IMG/VR virus record: IMGVR_UViG_2922715855_000002
Location: 13,459 to 77,458 of that record
Source of the DNA: a virus
Taxonomy: Duplodnaviria; Caudoviricetes
Direction: 5' to 3' (one strand)
DNA length: 64,000 nucleotides
The first letter of the stretch is position 1. The number at the start of each line of letters is the position of its first letter. The notes below the pieces were generated by a model. That model was not told the origin of the DNA. It saw only the letters and a program-made list of their open reading frames with translations, and searched no databases. A program made the translations under genes and the position numbers. This document shows positions 9,191 to 19,763 of the stretch, piece after piece.

Positions 9191-12100
9191 TTGACAGAGC
9201 TAAACAAGGATGTAGTTGGCGCCAAGATTAACTTGGATGTGACCAAGATCCTTCCAGCGTTTAAAGCAATCGACGAGGGAGCGAGAGGGAACGCCGCATC
9301 GTTTCAATCATTGAATGCTGAATTGGCAATTACACAAAAGAACTTTGCATCCATGGGGAGTGCAGCGGATAAATTCGCTCTGACTTCCGAAGAGCGTCGC
9401 AAAAAGATACTTGCGGAGTCCGAGGCGTTAATCAAGCAAAGATTAGCGCAAACCGAATTAATTAATGCGAAGAAGAATCAACTGGATCAAACGAACAATA
9501 TCGTGGAATCGAAGCTAAAGGCCCAACAAGCCATCGTGAAAAAGCGCGAGGATGCGATTGAGCAACAGGAACGAGAACATCAACTGAAGATGGCGGCTCT
9601 TCAACAAAAAACGTCTGCGGCAAGCGGGTTAGACAATCTCATGCAAGCTAAAATAGACCGTCAATTTCAGATTATGAAAAACGGTGATGCGAAGCTTGAG
9701 ATGGAAGCAGAGCGACACGCGGCGAAAATGCAGATATTGAATCAATCAGCACTTTCACCGACGAAACAGACGCAACCATTAGTGAGTTCAGAAAACATAT
9801 TTGGTCGCATCGAAAAGTACGCCGAGCATGCTGTTGTATTCCATACAATCACCACTGCAATTAATACAGCTCAACACGCATTAAAAGAGGGTCTTGTCGG
9901 TATTGAAACCAACATGGCCGGGTATGTACAAACGAATGAGCATTACTTTCTGGAATACAATGCTGGAACGAAAGAAATGGTCATGAACACGGAAAAGCTC
10001 CACGATGAGACGACAAAATTCCTCCATACGGCACATGACTTAGGTTCGGAAATCATGGATGTGACCGAATCCGCTAGATTATGGGGTCGAATGTACAAAG
10101 ATGTTAATGTTGTGCAAGAGCTTGTTCGGCAATCCACGGCGCTATCTACGGTAGATATGGTTGAATTAGAAGCTTCTACAAAATCCATGGAATCGGTTAT
10201 GGCGCAGTATGCTGTTCATATCCAAAATGCTAATGATGCGATGGTTATTGGTAACCGTGTTCTGGACAGTTGGTCAAAAGTTGCCCATGATACGATGGCA
10301 CCAGCAAGAGACTTAGGGGCAGCTTTCGAGAGAACGGGTAAAATTGCCGCAGAGACAGGTGTTTCTTTCGACTTCATGAATGGGCTCATATCGACAGGGA
10401 TTAGAAATACAGCTCTTTCAGGAGAAAACCTAGGGAACATGTGGAAGACCGTCCTCGGTACCATTCGAACAGAAAAAGCTGTGAATGAGATTGAACGCTT
10501 AGGCGTCAAAACAACCGAGCTGGTTGATGGTACCGAACAATGGAGAAAAGCAGAAGATATCCTGTTAGATCTATCCACGAAGGTCATTGATAAAAACTAT
10601 GATCTCACGCAATCGTATGCAGATATTTCGCGTGGTGTGTACCAGTTCGCAAAATTGGCCGCATCATTGAACGCTGGTGATATTCTCTTAGGTACTGCAA
10701 CATCTATTGGTTCGACAGGCAGCACCATGGAGTACCTAAAGGTCCAGATGGATACGATCCAGCGGAAAGCAGCTCAAGCAAAAGCGTCATTGCTCGAAGT
10801 ATTTAACAACGCAGGGGACGATGGTCTACGTCGGAGTATTAAAGATGTGCTGGATGTCATCGATCGATTGCTAATTGGTCTAACAAAGCTTCCGAAAGGC
10901 ACGCTTGAAGTTGCCGCGGGAATCGGTGGCCTCATTGTTGTAACGAAATCCTTACAAGGGGTTTTGAATCTTACGTCCGGTGCAATAGCCGCCTTGTCTG
11001 CAATCAAATCTAAAAATACGATTGCAACAGTAGCTAATACCGCAGCGACGGTTGCGAATACAACAACCAATCAAGCGAATGTCGTTGCTACAGAAGGGGT
11101 CATATTGTCCACGGTCTCTAGAACGGCTGCAACGGAAGGCGCGTCACTAGCTCAAACGACCCTTTCCACGACAACCAAAGGGGCAGCGGTTGCAACAGGG
11201 ATTTTGACAACGGCTCAAGCGGCATTATCCGTAACCATGGCGGCAGCTACCGCAGGGTTATCTTTAGTTATGGCGGGGTTGGCCGCATTTGCCTTCATGT
11301 CCGGTAAAGCTGAAAAAGCTGAGAGAGATCGGATTCAGGCCATGAAGGATGAGGATTCGGCGAGTCAACAGATGATTAGCCAATACGAGCGGCAAATCGA
11401 GCTATTACCAAAGCTAGTCAATGCTCATGTGTCACTTGAAAACTCATTAAAGAGTGGGACATTCTCGTCCGAGAAACAAATCCAAGTCAAGAAGCAGTTG
11501 GATGAGGTATCTAAAGCCCTTGTTGTAACATTGGGCGAAGAAGGAGCGAAGCAGTTAGATGCTGCGAAGTACACGGACGAAGCGGTTCGAATCCAAATTC
11601 AAGCCTTGAATGACTTGATCGTGAAGCAGCAAGAGGCGCGTAAAAACGTGCTCTTGGATCAACAAGATGAGATAACGAAGCAACAGGTTGATAAGCAAAA
11701 AGAGCTAAAAAAAGCTTTGAAAGACTTAGAAGATGCACAGAAAACCGCTTACGATCCACAATACGCACTCGTTCAAGTTCAAGCGATTGAAAAGCTTAGG
11801 GAAAAGGTTCAGTCACTCGAAAAAGAAAGTCATAAACTAGATGATGCAATGGCAGGAGTTAGCGTACAAATTGGTCAACTTGCCGTGGATAGCATCGATC
11901 AGTTCTCGGGTGCGGCCGGGAAGGCGACGGAGAGCGTCAAGGACCAAGAAGATGCGTTGAGCTATTTAAGGGATGAAATCAAGGATAACACTTCTGCGAT
12001 CAGTGAATTGAATCAAGTGTCCCATGATTTATCTAAAGGGCAATCCATGAATGCGGAGTCTGCAACGGAATTAATCCTTAAATATCCCCAGCTCGCAGAC

Positions 12101-14203
12101 AAGATTTATAAAGTGGCTGATGGTTGGAAGTTTGAGACTGGCGCGGTGGACATCCTTCGCAAAGCGAAGATCCAAAAAGCGATTGATGATTTGAAATCCG
12201 AGCAAGATTCTCAATTTAATACCAAGGTAGCAACCGATGCTCGGTTGCAGTCTTATGGGATTGAAGCTCAAGCGATTAAGAGTCTAGCAGACCTCAAAGC
12301 TAAATTAAATAGCGCTCGAACTAACGATCTAAGCTCCGGTGACGACTTAAAATACTTCAAACCTGCCTTTAAACAACAAGGGCTTGGTGTCATGGGAGCG
12401 AAAGAAGCCGCTGAATCCGATTTGGATAGCATCCTGAATGAGTATGAAAAGGATATGAAGGCTTATGACGATAAAATCAAGTCACTTTCTAAGTTATACA
12501 ATGATCCGAAGTTTGGTGTTTCTAAAGACAGTTCCAAAGAAAAATCCAAAAGCAAAAAGGATGATCCGTTAGCGAAGGCGTTTGATGCTTCGTCGAAATA
12601 TATAGAACATCAAAAGGCGATTGGTAAGTTGAATACCAGTCAAGAATTAACAGCGTGGCAGCGCGTCCAGTCCCAATATGCTCAAGGGACCGAACAGCGC
12701 ATGAAAGCAGATGAGAAAGTCTATGCCTTGAAGAAAACTCTATCGGATGAAGCGCAAAAGAAAGAGAAAGAAGCCTATAACGCTTCGATAAATTGGATTT
12801 CGCATCAAAAAGGAATCCGTGAGGTCTCAGCAGCGCAAGAGCTTGATATGTTGTTGCGTGTCCAATCACGATATAAAGTTGGTTCGGAAGAACGAATGCA
12901 GCTTGACGAGAAAGTTTATGCTGCTCGTAAGGCGAAGGACCAGGAGTATTTCGCTGACTTTCAAAGGCAGCTCTCGCACAAGAAAGCGATGGAACAAATA
13001 AGCACCGAGGATGAAATCAAAGCTTGGATCAAGATACAGGGGATGTACAAAGAAGGCACAGACCAACGGATGCAAGCCGATGAACAGTTATATACCTTGA
13101 AAAAGAAATTGCTTGATGATGAACAAAAAGCCGTGGGCGACTACACGAAGACCACTAAAACGATCTTAGATCAATCGAAGAACGACGCCATTAAGCGCAT
13201 TGAAGAAGAACGTGACGCATTTCTTGCATCCCAGGATTTGAAAATCAAAGCTATCGACGATGAAATTAAGAAGATGGACGAAGCTAATAACATCGATGAT
13301 TATGAACGTGCCTTAGCGGAGAAGAAAGCAAGGCTCGAACTATTGCAATCCGCTGTTGGTCCGGAAGGAATCAAGGAACGCGAACAAGTCCAAAAAGATA
13401 TCGAGGAAATGGAGCGTAAACACCAACGAGAGCAAGCGAAGAAAAGTCTCGAAGACCAGAAACAGCAATTACAGGATGAGAAAACGCAGAAGGAGAATGA
13501 TTATAACGATCAGATCCAGAAAACGAAAGAACATTATGATCAATTATCCAATGCGTTCGATACCTTCTCGTCACAAATTGAGTTTAAAGCCGAAGACTTG
13601 AAACAACTTCAAATCTTGAAGGAGTCTGAGAAGAATGAAGAGATCCTTAAACAACTGGATCAATTCATCTTGGATTATCAAGCAAGAATGGGCAAAATTA
13701 GTTCCGTATCGGCTTCCATTTCTCAAAGAGAGCTAGATTTACAAGAATACAATAGCAACAAAGACGCCTTCGATGCTGCAAAGGCTCGGGGTGATCAAGC
13801 GGAGATGGCGCGCTTATCGTCAAGGAATCAACAAATTCGTGATCAGTATGGCATAAAACAGGATACAGGTAAGCTTCAACACTTCAAAAATGGCGGCTTG
13901 GTACAAGGTCAGCGTGGGGAAGCTGTTCCGGTCGTTGCTCATGCAGGAGAAATGTTCCTGAATGAATCGCAACAGGGGGTGCTATTCAAACTATTGAATT
14001 TCAACTTTCCACAATTAAGCTTCTCGATGCCGCAGTTCTCCATGAATTCAGGTAGCGGCCAATCTGTAACCAATTATAATTATTATTCTGTTTCATCGGG
14101 TGATGTGCATATCTCTGATGATTCTACAGCCCGAACATTCTGGTCGGAAAAAGATAATCTTGTGCGGAGGATGCAATCCAAGGGAGGGAAAAGGAAAGCA
14201 TGA
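9191..14203 (+). CDS. Tape measure protein (1670 aa)
   Basis: Long helical ORF; TP901-like TMP core (...GENLGNMWKTVL...); coiled coils; C-terminal GGLV...AVPVVAHAGE motif. Confidence 0.9.
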   Translation: MTELNKDVVGAKINLDVTKILPAFKAIDEGARGNAASFQSLNAELAITQKNFASMGSAADKFALTSEERRKKILAESEALIKQRLAQTELINAKKNQLDQTNNIVESKLKAQQAIVKKREDAIEQQEREHQLKMAALQQKTSAASGLDNLMQAKIDRQFQIMKNGDAKLEMEAERHAAKMQILNQSALSPTKQTQPLVSSENIFGRIEKYAEHAVVFHTITTAINTAQHALKEGLVGIETNMAGYVQTNEHYFLEYNAGTKEMVMNTEKLHDETTKFLHTAHDLGSEIMDVTESARLWGRMYKDVNVVQELVRQSTALSTVDMVELEASTKSMESVMAQYAVHIQNANDAMVIGNRVLDSWSKVAHDTMAPARDLGAAFERTGKIAAETGVSFDFMNGLISTGIRNTALSGENLGNMWKTVLGTIRTEKAVNEIERLGVKTTELVDGTEQWRKAEDILLDLSTKVIDKNYDLTQSYADISRGVYQFAKLAASLNAGDILLGTATSIGSTGSTMEYLKVQMDTIQRKAAQAKASLLEVFNNAGDDGLRRSIKDVLDVIDRLLIGLTKLPKGTLEVAAGIGGLIVVTKSLQGVLNLTSGAIAALSAIKSKNTIATVANTAATVANTTTNQANVVATEGVILSTVSRTAATEGASLAQTTLSTTTKGAAVATGILTTAQAALSVTMAAATAGLSLVMAGLAAFAFMSGKAEKAERDRIQAMKDEDSASQQMISQYERQIELLPKLVNAHVSLENSLKSGTFSSEKQIQVKKQLDEVSKALVVTLGEEGAKQLDAAKYTDEAVRIQIQALNDLIVKQQEARKNVLLDQQDEITKQQVDKQKELKKALKDLEDAQKTAYDPQYALVQVQAIEKLREKVQSLEKESHKLDDAMAGVSVQIGQLAVDSIDQFSGAAGKATESVKDQEDALSYLRDEIKDNTSAISELNQVSHDLSKGQSMNAESATELILKYPQLADKIYKVADGWKFETGAVDILRKAKIQKAIDDLKSEQDSQFNTKVATDARLQSYGIEAQAIKSLADLKAKLNSARTNDLSSGDDLKYFKPAFKQQGLGVMGAKEAAESDLDSILNEYEKDMKAYDDKIKSLSKLYNDPKFGVSKDSSKEKSKSKKDDPLAKAFDASSKYIEHQKAIGKLNTSQELTAWQRVQSQYAQGTEQRMKADEKVYALKKTLSDEAQKKEKEAYNASINWISHQKGIREVSAAQELDMLLRVQSRYKVGSEERMQLDEKVYAARKAKDQEYFADFQRQLSHKKAMEQISTEDEIKAWIKIQGMYKEGTDQRMQADEQLYTLKKKLLDDEQKAVGDYTKTTKTILDQSKNDAIKRIEEERDAFLASQDLKIKAIDDEIKKMDEANNIDDYERALAEKKARLELLQSAVGPEGIKEREQVQKDIEEMERKHQREQAKKSLEDQKQQLQDEKTQKENDYNDQIQKTKEHYDQLSNAFDTFSSQIEFKAEDLKQLQILKESEKNEEILKQLDQFILDYQARMGKISSVSASISQRELDLQEYNSNKDAFDAAKARGDQAEMARLSSRNQQIRDQYGIKQDTGKLQHFKNGGLVQGQRGEAVPVVAHAGEMFLNESQQGVLFKLLNFNFPQLSFSMPQFSMNSGSGQSVTNYNYYSVSSGDVHISDDSTARTFWSEKDNLVRRMQSKGGKRKA

Positions 14204-14754
14204 TTGAAGCAACAGTGAATGGTGTTTCGTTCAAATCCATTGGACTAGGGTTAAAGAGTCATAATATATCAGTCCTCCCGCCAACGAAAGACAATACGAT
14301 CGAAATTGCCGAGATGGACGGTGAGATCGATTTCGGCAGTACGTATGGACCAAGAACATTCGACTTAGAGTGTATTGTTATGGCTGATGATCCGACTATA
14401 GATTACCATCGCAGAGTCGCCCAAGTGGCGGCTCTTTTTAATATCAAAAAAGGCGATATCGTATTCACTTTTTCGGATTTGCAAGGAAGGAAATATGTTG
14501 GTAGATACGCGGGGACGATGCCCATTGAAAAGTTGATTTTCGACGGTGAGGTAACTATCCCCATAAAAATGTCGAATCCATATCCTGAGAGCGATGAAGT
14601 TATAAATGAAAAGACTTTGTATCAATCCGGTGATATGATCAACGCCTTTTCGGATGGTGGTGTCAGTACAAGCCCTATGATTGTCTTGACCAACACGGGA
14701 ACCACGACCATTCAACGATTTAAGTTAACACATGAATATCTAATTGAGGGGTGA
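14200..14754 (+). CDS. Distal tail protein, N-terminal part
   Basis: Follows TMP; EIAEMDGEIDFGSTYGPRTF motif typical of Dit. Confidence 0.75.
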   Translation: MIEATVNGVSFKSIGLGLKSHNISVLPPTKDNTIEIAEMDGEIDFGSTYGPRTFDLECIVMADDPTIDYHRRVAQVAALFNIKKGDIVFTFSDLQGRKYVGRYAGTMPIEKLIFDGEVTIPIKMSNPYPESDEVINEKTLYQSGDMINAFSDGGVSTSPMIVLTNTGTTTIQRFKLTHEYLIEG

Positions 14755-15155
14755 ATGTTTTGAATATTTCTAATTTTTTAGCTACTTCCTTATTAAACCA
14801 AGTTTTTCGTAATACAAACTATGCGCGTCCAACTACGGTATATGTGGCGCTATATACATCTAATCCAACGGCAGCAGATACAGGGGCAGAAGTTTCAACA
14901 GGGGCATATAAGCGAATGGCGATAACCTTAGGGGCTCCAGTCATTGAGAATAGTAAACAAACAATCAAGAACAGTGCGGACGTTGCATGGAGCGTTGCAA
15001 CTGCCGATTGGGGGCTTGTTTCACATATCGGAATTCGTGACGCATTAACCGGAGGGAATTTGCTTTACTTTGGTTCGCTCGATACACCACGAAGTATTTT
15101 GGTAAATGATGTGTTCAAATTGCTCACAGGGTCCGTAGTATTAACATTAAGTTAA
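14751..15155 (+). CDS. Tail-fibre-associated protein
   Basis: YVALYTSNP...GIRDALTGGNLLYFGSL family pattern. Confidence 0.65.
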   Translation: MNVLNISNFLATSLLNQVFRNTNYARPTTVYVALYTSNPTAADTGAEVSTGAYKRMAITLGAPVIENSKQTIKNSADVAWSVATADWGLVSHIGIRDALTGGNLLYFGSLDTPRSILVNDVFKLLTGSVVLTLS

Positions 15156-15168
15156 GGAGGTATGAACA

Positions 15169-18100
15169 TTGCAAACAATGTATCCTGCCGCGGTAAACAG
15201 CCGACAATCTGAGCTGTCTGCCGCAATAACAGCAGCACAAACAACGATTCCGGTTATAGATATTTCCGTCATTCCCGTGGCCCCCAATCTACTAACGATT
15301 GGGACCGACGAATCAGCAGAGACAATTTTATATACGGGAATCAACGGAAATACGTTAACCGGAGTTACAAGGGGCGTTCAGGGAACGGCAAAATCTTGGG
15401 CAATCGGTACTAAATTAGCTCGATATTTCACCGCTTACGATCATGATACATTCAAAGCGAACATTGATGAGATTTCGAAACAAATAAATGAGGTCATATT
15501 AAAGAAGACCCTCGGACCAGGCGCTAACATCATCAATGCAGATCAAGCTAGTGCATTAGATTTAACTGTATATGGGTCGTCACGGACGAACTTACTTGGG
15601 GATTTGGGTAACTTTGAAAAAGATAGTAACGGGGACGGTCTTGCAGATGGTCTTGCTGCTTCTGGTGGAGTCAGATCTCTGGAACAGAGTGAAAAATACG
15701 GCCTAAAAGCACAAAGAATTACTTCCTTGGCAAGTGACACAGGAGCATCTAGGTATGTTGTGTTTACAGGTATACCAATGCAAGCAGGAAAGTATTATAT
15801 TTTCATTGCCGATGTAGTAACTGATGGAATAGCATCAGCGAAAATGGGTGTGTATCGCGATGGTTCGGCTGCTCCAAACTATATAGGTGAAACGCCTGTA
15901 AGTTACGCAAGTAAAACACATTATATTAAGCACAACCCAACAAGTGATACTCCAGATGCGCGAATTTTTATGTATAACGCTATAACAGTAGGTCAATTAG
16001 GATGGACTCAATGGGATGGAGCAGGAATCTATGAAGTAGACAAGATTCTGTATGATCGAATTGGTGTAGATATAACTGAGGCGAACATACGAGATTATTT
16101 ACCTCATGTAGATGGACGTAAGCCTGTACAGGGTGTTGTGCTTACTAAGCAAGGTAAAAACCTAGTACCACCACTCCGACCAGACGTTTCATTCCCTGGT
16201 GTTAGTTCTTCAATTATCGGATCGTACGAAATGACGATTACAACTACAGCACCTAGTCAGGACAACATTGTTTATAGAGATATTCCTGCATTGCCAAATA
16301 CCGAGTATTCAATGAGCTATGAGGAGAAGATCGGTTGGGCCTCGGTCCGGTGTATTGACGCAAATGGTAATGAGCTTGGCGCCCAAGGCGTGGGTAGATT
16401 TGATATTATCAATAACGTAAATTCTATTAAGTTCACATCTCCACCAGGAACGAAGACTATTAGATTATGGCAAGGAAATTACTCTTCCCCAGCAGGGACT
16501 TACAAGTTCAAAAATCCAATGTTATGTATTGGTTCATCTACATCATTCGAACCACGCGAAGATCAACGCGTCCTCTTGCCTGTATCACTTTGCGAAGTCG
16601 GAGGGGTACGTGATGAAGTAACCGTAAGAGGGGTAGATGCGACGCTAACCAAAAGAATTGAAAGGGTAATGTTAGATACAAGCCTTACTTATGTGGTATA
16701 CAAAAACCATAATGGTCGGAAGTTGATGACTATATCAGTACCCAACTCATTTTCAGATATTTCGGGTTCAAATGATATTCCAGATACTAGCACTAGGCAA
16801 GGAACTGTATTCATAAACCAAGTGGGATTCCCTTTGGTGGTTGCACCTTTAAAAAGCTTAATCGATGCAGTTGATTCCAATAGTTTTGATAACTGTTATA
16901 CGATCGATGATAGAAGGTTATTTGTCCTTTTAAGCAATGATGAAACAGGGTTCAACTTTACAGGATCTCCAACATCAGATGAGATGAGAGCTTATTATCT
17001 AGGTTGGATAATGTGTAGTGCAGACGGATCGAAGTATGTGACTGGAACCAAGTATTGGAAAAGGAAATCTGATGGAGGAGGAATTACATCTAACTTACCG
17101 ATAAGCAGCTATCCCGGCGGTGATGGTTTCCAAGTTAATTATCAGCTTGCTACACCTGTAATTAGCAAAGTAACCGATGCAGATGGGTCTATATCCTTAC
17201 TCGCTGGCGGTAACATGATGACGGTTGAGTCGGGTGTTGTAATTCGTGAAGAAATTACTTTTATGGATGGAAAAGACGGTTATTATTACAGCAACTCCAC
17301 TGCCCCAGCGGAATATTCAGCGACTAAATTTAAGAATAGGGTTAAAAAGATTGTCAGAATAGATGAGGGTATCAAAACGGGCATTCCATTTGAGTTATCT
17401 ACAAACAGCGCAAACGGTTTAGAGAGACCTAAATTAAAGGCGGTAGCTTATAACTCTAAGGCTCAGTATTTTGCGTCTTATCTGACTCTAGATAACTACG
17501 CTTATTCTTCCAACGTTACGCAGACAGATGTGCAGTATAAAGCAGGTCTTAACGGTACTGTATCGGATAACGTCAATAATATCGCACGGCTGACCACCGA
17601 GAATGATGCGCAGAACTACGCTGATACGTACATCCAAGCCATGACGGAGAATAACGCCAAGGACATCAAGGATCATAAGTCCAGCGCATCAGCGCATGAT
17701 GCAACGGCAATTGTCGTCAACGATCCCGACTTTACCGATAAAACCGTGCTAGGGGTGCTTAAGTATTTAAAGTCGCTTGCCAATAACCTCAAGAGTAAGG
17801 TTGCAGGGGCTATTGGCGCACCGCTTGCTGCAACCGATACAGCGGAGCAAATGGAAACGAAGATTAAAGATTTAAAGACGACGTTTGCCGCAAATCTGAC
17901 AGCTAAGAGAATTACAGCAAGTGCAACTGAAACTCTAAAAAGCTTAATAGACAAGGTTAGCAGCATTGTACTTGGTTCTGGAGATGCTGTTGCATCCGAT
18001 CTAAGAGCAGGTAAAACAGCTACAAACAATACTGGTGTTCAATTTACAGGTACTCTAGCTGTACAATCTACTACAGCTCAAACGGTTACGCCAACCGCTA

Positions 18101-18846
18101 CTGATATTGTAAAAGGTGCAGGTATTTATGATGGAGTCATTACCGTGAAAGGTGTTCCAGTAGATAGTAGTAAGGTTTTAGTTGGTACGACAATAGCTGG
18201 GCAAGCTGGGGAGATGCCAAACCTTACAGGTACAAGAAACGCAACAGGCGTTGCTAAATGGCCTGACGGTGCTTTAGCTGTATATCCTGAAAAAGGATAC
18301 CAAAAAGGAGGTGTTGGCGACGGAGAACTTAAAGTGTCCATTGCTCAGATGCAGTCAATTAATCCCTACCTTAAACCTCAATATATTGCGCAAGGCGCTG
18401 ATGTTTTCGGAGTTGTAGGGACGTACACGAATGACGGGACGCTTACTGACCCTGACGATCTGGACGTTAACCGCTCAGCGTACTCAAAGGGCGTCAAGAT
18501 ATCTGGTAAGTCTAGTAGATCAGGTAGAACAGAGTTTGTGACGATACCTCCGAACCACGTACTAGGACCAAATCAGTCGATTTCGCTACCTTTTCCTACT
18601 AAGCAAGTGGTATCTAGAATCGCAACTTTCATTGCTAGGGTTAGGCTGAGAGACGCTAATGGTGCAGGTCACGTAGTGTATCTTGTGAACACGCAAGAGG
18701 GTGTATCACTTAACATCGGTACAAGTAACTACGCTATGGTATCGCTAGGAATTGACCAGACAGCAAAGACTGTGACGATAACCAATAACGCTAACTATGC
18801 CAGCACAACGCTCATAGATGGGGAAATAATGTATCTAATGATCTAA
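15169..18846 (+). CDS. Receptor-binding/tail fibre protein (1225 aa, mosaic)
   Basis: Conserved N-terminal anchor (ETILYTG...VTRGVQGTAKSW), beta-rich middle, segment shared with the prophage 2 fibre. Confidence 0.75.
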   Translation: MQTMYPAAVNSRQSELSAAITAAQTTIPVIDISVIPVAPNLLTIGTDESAETILYTGINGNTLTGVTRGVQGTAKSWAIGTKLARYFTAYDHDTFKANIDEISKQINEVILKKTLGPGANIINADQASALDLTVYGSSRTNLLGDLGNFEKDSNGDGLADGLAASGGVRSLEQSEKYGLKAQRITSLASDTGASRYVVFTGIPMQAGKYYIFIADVVTDGIASAKMGVYRDGSAAPNYIGETPVSYASKTHYIKHNPTSDTPDARIFMYNAITVGQLGWTQWDGAGIYEVDKILYDRIGVDITEANIRDYLPHVDGRKPVQGVVLTKQGKNLVPPLRPDVSFPGVSSSIIGSYEMTITTTAPSQDNIVYRDIPALPNTEYSMSYEEKIGWASVRCIDANGNELGAQGVGRFDIINNVNSIKFTSPPGTKTIRLWQGNYSSPAGTYKFKNPMLCIGSSTSFEPREDQRVLLPVSLCEVGGVRDEVTVRGVDATLTKRIERVMLDTSLTYVVYKNHNGRKLMTISVPNSFSDISGSNDIPDTSTRQGTVFINQVGFPLVVAPLKSLIDAVDSNSFDNCYTIDDRRLFVLLSNDETGFNFTGSPTSDEMRAYYLGWIMCSADGSKYVTGTKYWKRKSDGGGITSNLPISSYPGGDGFQVNYQLATPVISKVTDADGSISLLAGGNMMTVESGVVIREEITFMDGKDGYYYSNSTAPAEYSATKFKNRVKKIVRIDEGIKTGIPFELSTNSANGLERPKLKAVAYNSKAQYFASYLTLDNYAYSSNVTQTDVQYKAGLNGTVSDNVNNIARLTTENDAQNYADTYIQAMTENNAKDIKDHKSSASAHDATAIVVNDPDFTDKTVLGVLKYLKSLANNLKSKVAGAIGAPLAATDTAEQMETKIKDLKTTFAANLTAKRITASATETLKSLIDKVSSIVLGSGDAVASDLRAGKTATNNTGVQFTGTLAVQSTTAQTVTPTATDIVKGAGIYDGVITVKGVPVDSSKVLVGTTIAGQAGEMPNLTGTRNATGVAKWPDGALAVYPEKGYQKGGVGDGELKVSIAQMQSINPYLKPQYIAQGADVFGVVGTYTNDGTLTDPDDLDVNRSAYSKGVKISGKSSRSGRTEFVTIPPNHVLGPNQSISLPFPTKQVVSRIATFIARVRLRDANGAGHVVYLVNTQEGVSLNIGTSNYAMVSLGIDQTAKTVTITNNANYASTTLIDGEIMYLMI

Positions 18847-18856
18847 GGAGGAATCA

Positions 18857-18910
18857 ATGTTAGCCAAGGATCTCCTTACGTACGTCAAGAGTGGAGTCGT
18901 ATCAGAATAA
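18857..18910 (+). pseudogene. 17-codon XkdX-like remnant (MLAKDLLTYVKSGVVSE)
   Basis: Perfect AAGGAGG RBS; fibre-chaperone position; ends at the shared 38-bp element. Confidence 0.4.
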
Positions 18911-18947
18911 AGCGCCGCCGATATGGTAGGCGCTATTATTATGCCCT
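18910..18947. repeat. 38-bp element, copy 1 (identical to 59923-59960)
   Basis: AAGCGCCGCCGATATGGTAGGCGCTATTATTATGCCCT; AGCGCC/GGCGCT stem. Confidence 0.95.
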
Positions 18948-18975
18948 CGGAAGTCCGGGAGCTTAATTATTAAGA

Positions 18976-19752
18976 ATGAGGTATAAGAGCATGTTCAATA
19001 GAGCGTCATTCAATCGTATGGGATTCAATCGTCAGATGACGGTGTTCGTTTTTGGGAGTGCGACAATTAATGTTAATGGCGATATCGCGGCGTTAGCCAA
19101 TGCAGACATGACGGGAATTTCCAACATGTCTGCGGAAGGAACTGCTTCATTTGACTTCATCCGGGAACGCTCTTCTCAAGTCAAAATGCATGCAGAAGGC
19201 GATTTAAAGTCAGACTTCATCCGCGAAATATCTTCTACTTCAATGCTAGAGGCCGACGGAAGTATGAAAGCTTATTTCATTCGAGAAATATCCGATTCTG
19301 CTTTACTACAAGGTGAAGGCAGTATAAGAGTTACAGCATCTTTAGAAAGTACGGGTAAGGCGAGGATGGATGGGGATGGAACGCTACGAGCGAATTTTAT
19401 ACGCGAAATCGCCTTTACCGCGAAGTTAGAAGCGTATGGAGAATTGAAAGCTGATTTTATCCGTGAAATAACTCGTAAGGCTCTATTAAATGGGATTGGT
19501 GGCCTGATAGCTAACGGAAGTCACTATCATATCGAGACGATTGATTTTATAGGACCTTTCAAACCCGGGGATCGCATTGAGATAGATTCAAAGAAATATG
19601 AGATTAAGCATAACGGCGTTAACGCATTCCCACAGATGCAAGGTGATTTCTTTGATTTATCCCCTGGGACAAACCCAATCATGTACACTGATCCCGAAAC
19701 ATCTCGCCAAGTCCTTATACGGGTAACGCACAAGGATAAATACTTGTATTAA
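18976..19752 (+). CDS. Tail protein with ~20-aa repeats and Dit-like C-terminus
   Basis: About 7 repeats, five ending in FIRE; C-terminal GDFFDLSPGTN...HKDKYLY. Confidence 0.7.
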   Translation: MRYKSMFNRASFNRMGFNRQMTVFVFGSATINVNGDIAALANADMTGISNMSAEGTASFDFIRERSSQVKMHAEGDLKSDFIREISSTSMLEADGSMKAYFIREISDSALLQGEGSIRVTASLESTGKARMDGDGTLRANFIREIAFTAKLEAYGELKADFIREITRKALLNGIGGLIANGSHYHIETIDFIGPFKPGDRIEIDSKKYEIKHNGVNAFPQMQGDFFDLSPGTNPIMYTDPETSRQVLIRVTHKDKYLY

Positions 19753-19763
19753 GGAGGTGCTAA

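Noticed and set aside
12590-13120. Three ~55-aa repeats in the prophage 1 TMP
   Set aside because: Ordinary tape-measure periodicity
15169-18846. Shufflon-type invertible fibre tips
   Set aside because: No inverted alternative C-termini or adjacent invertase
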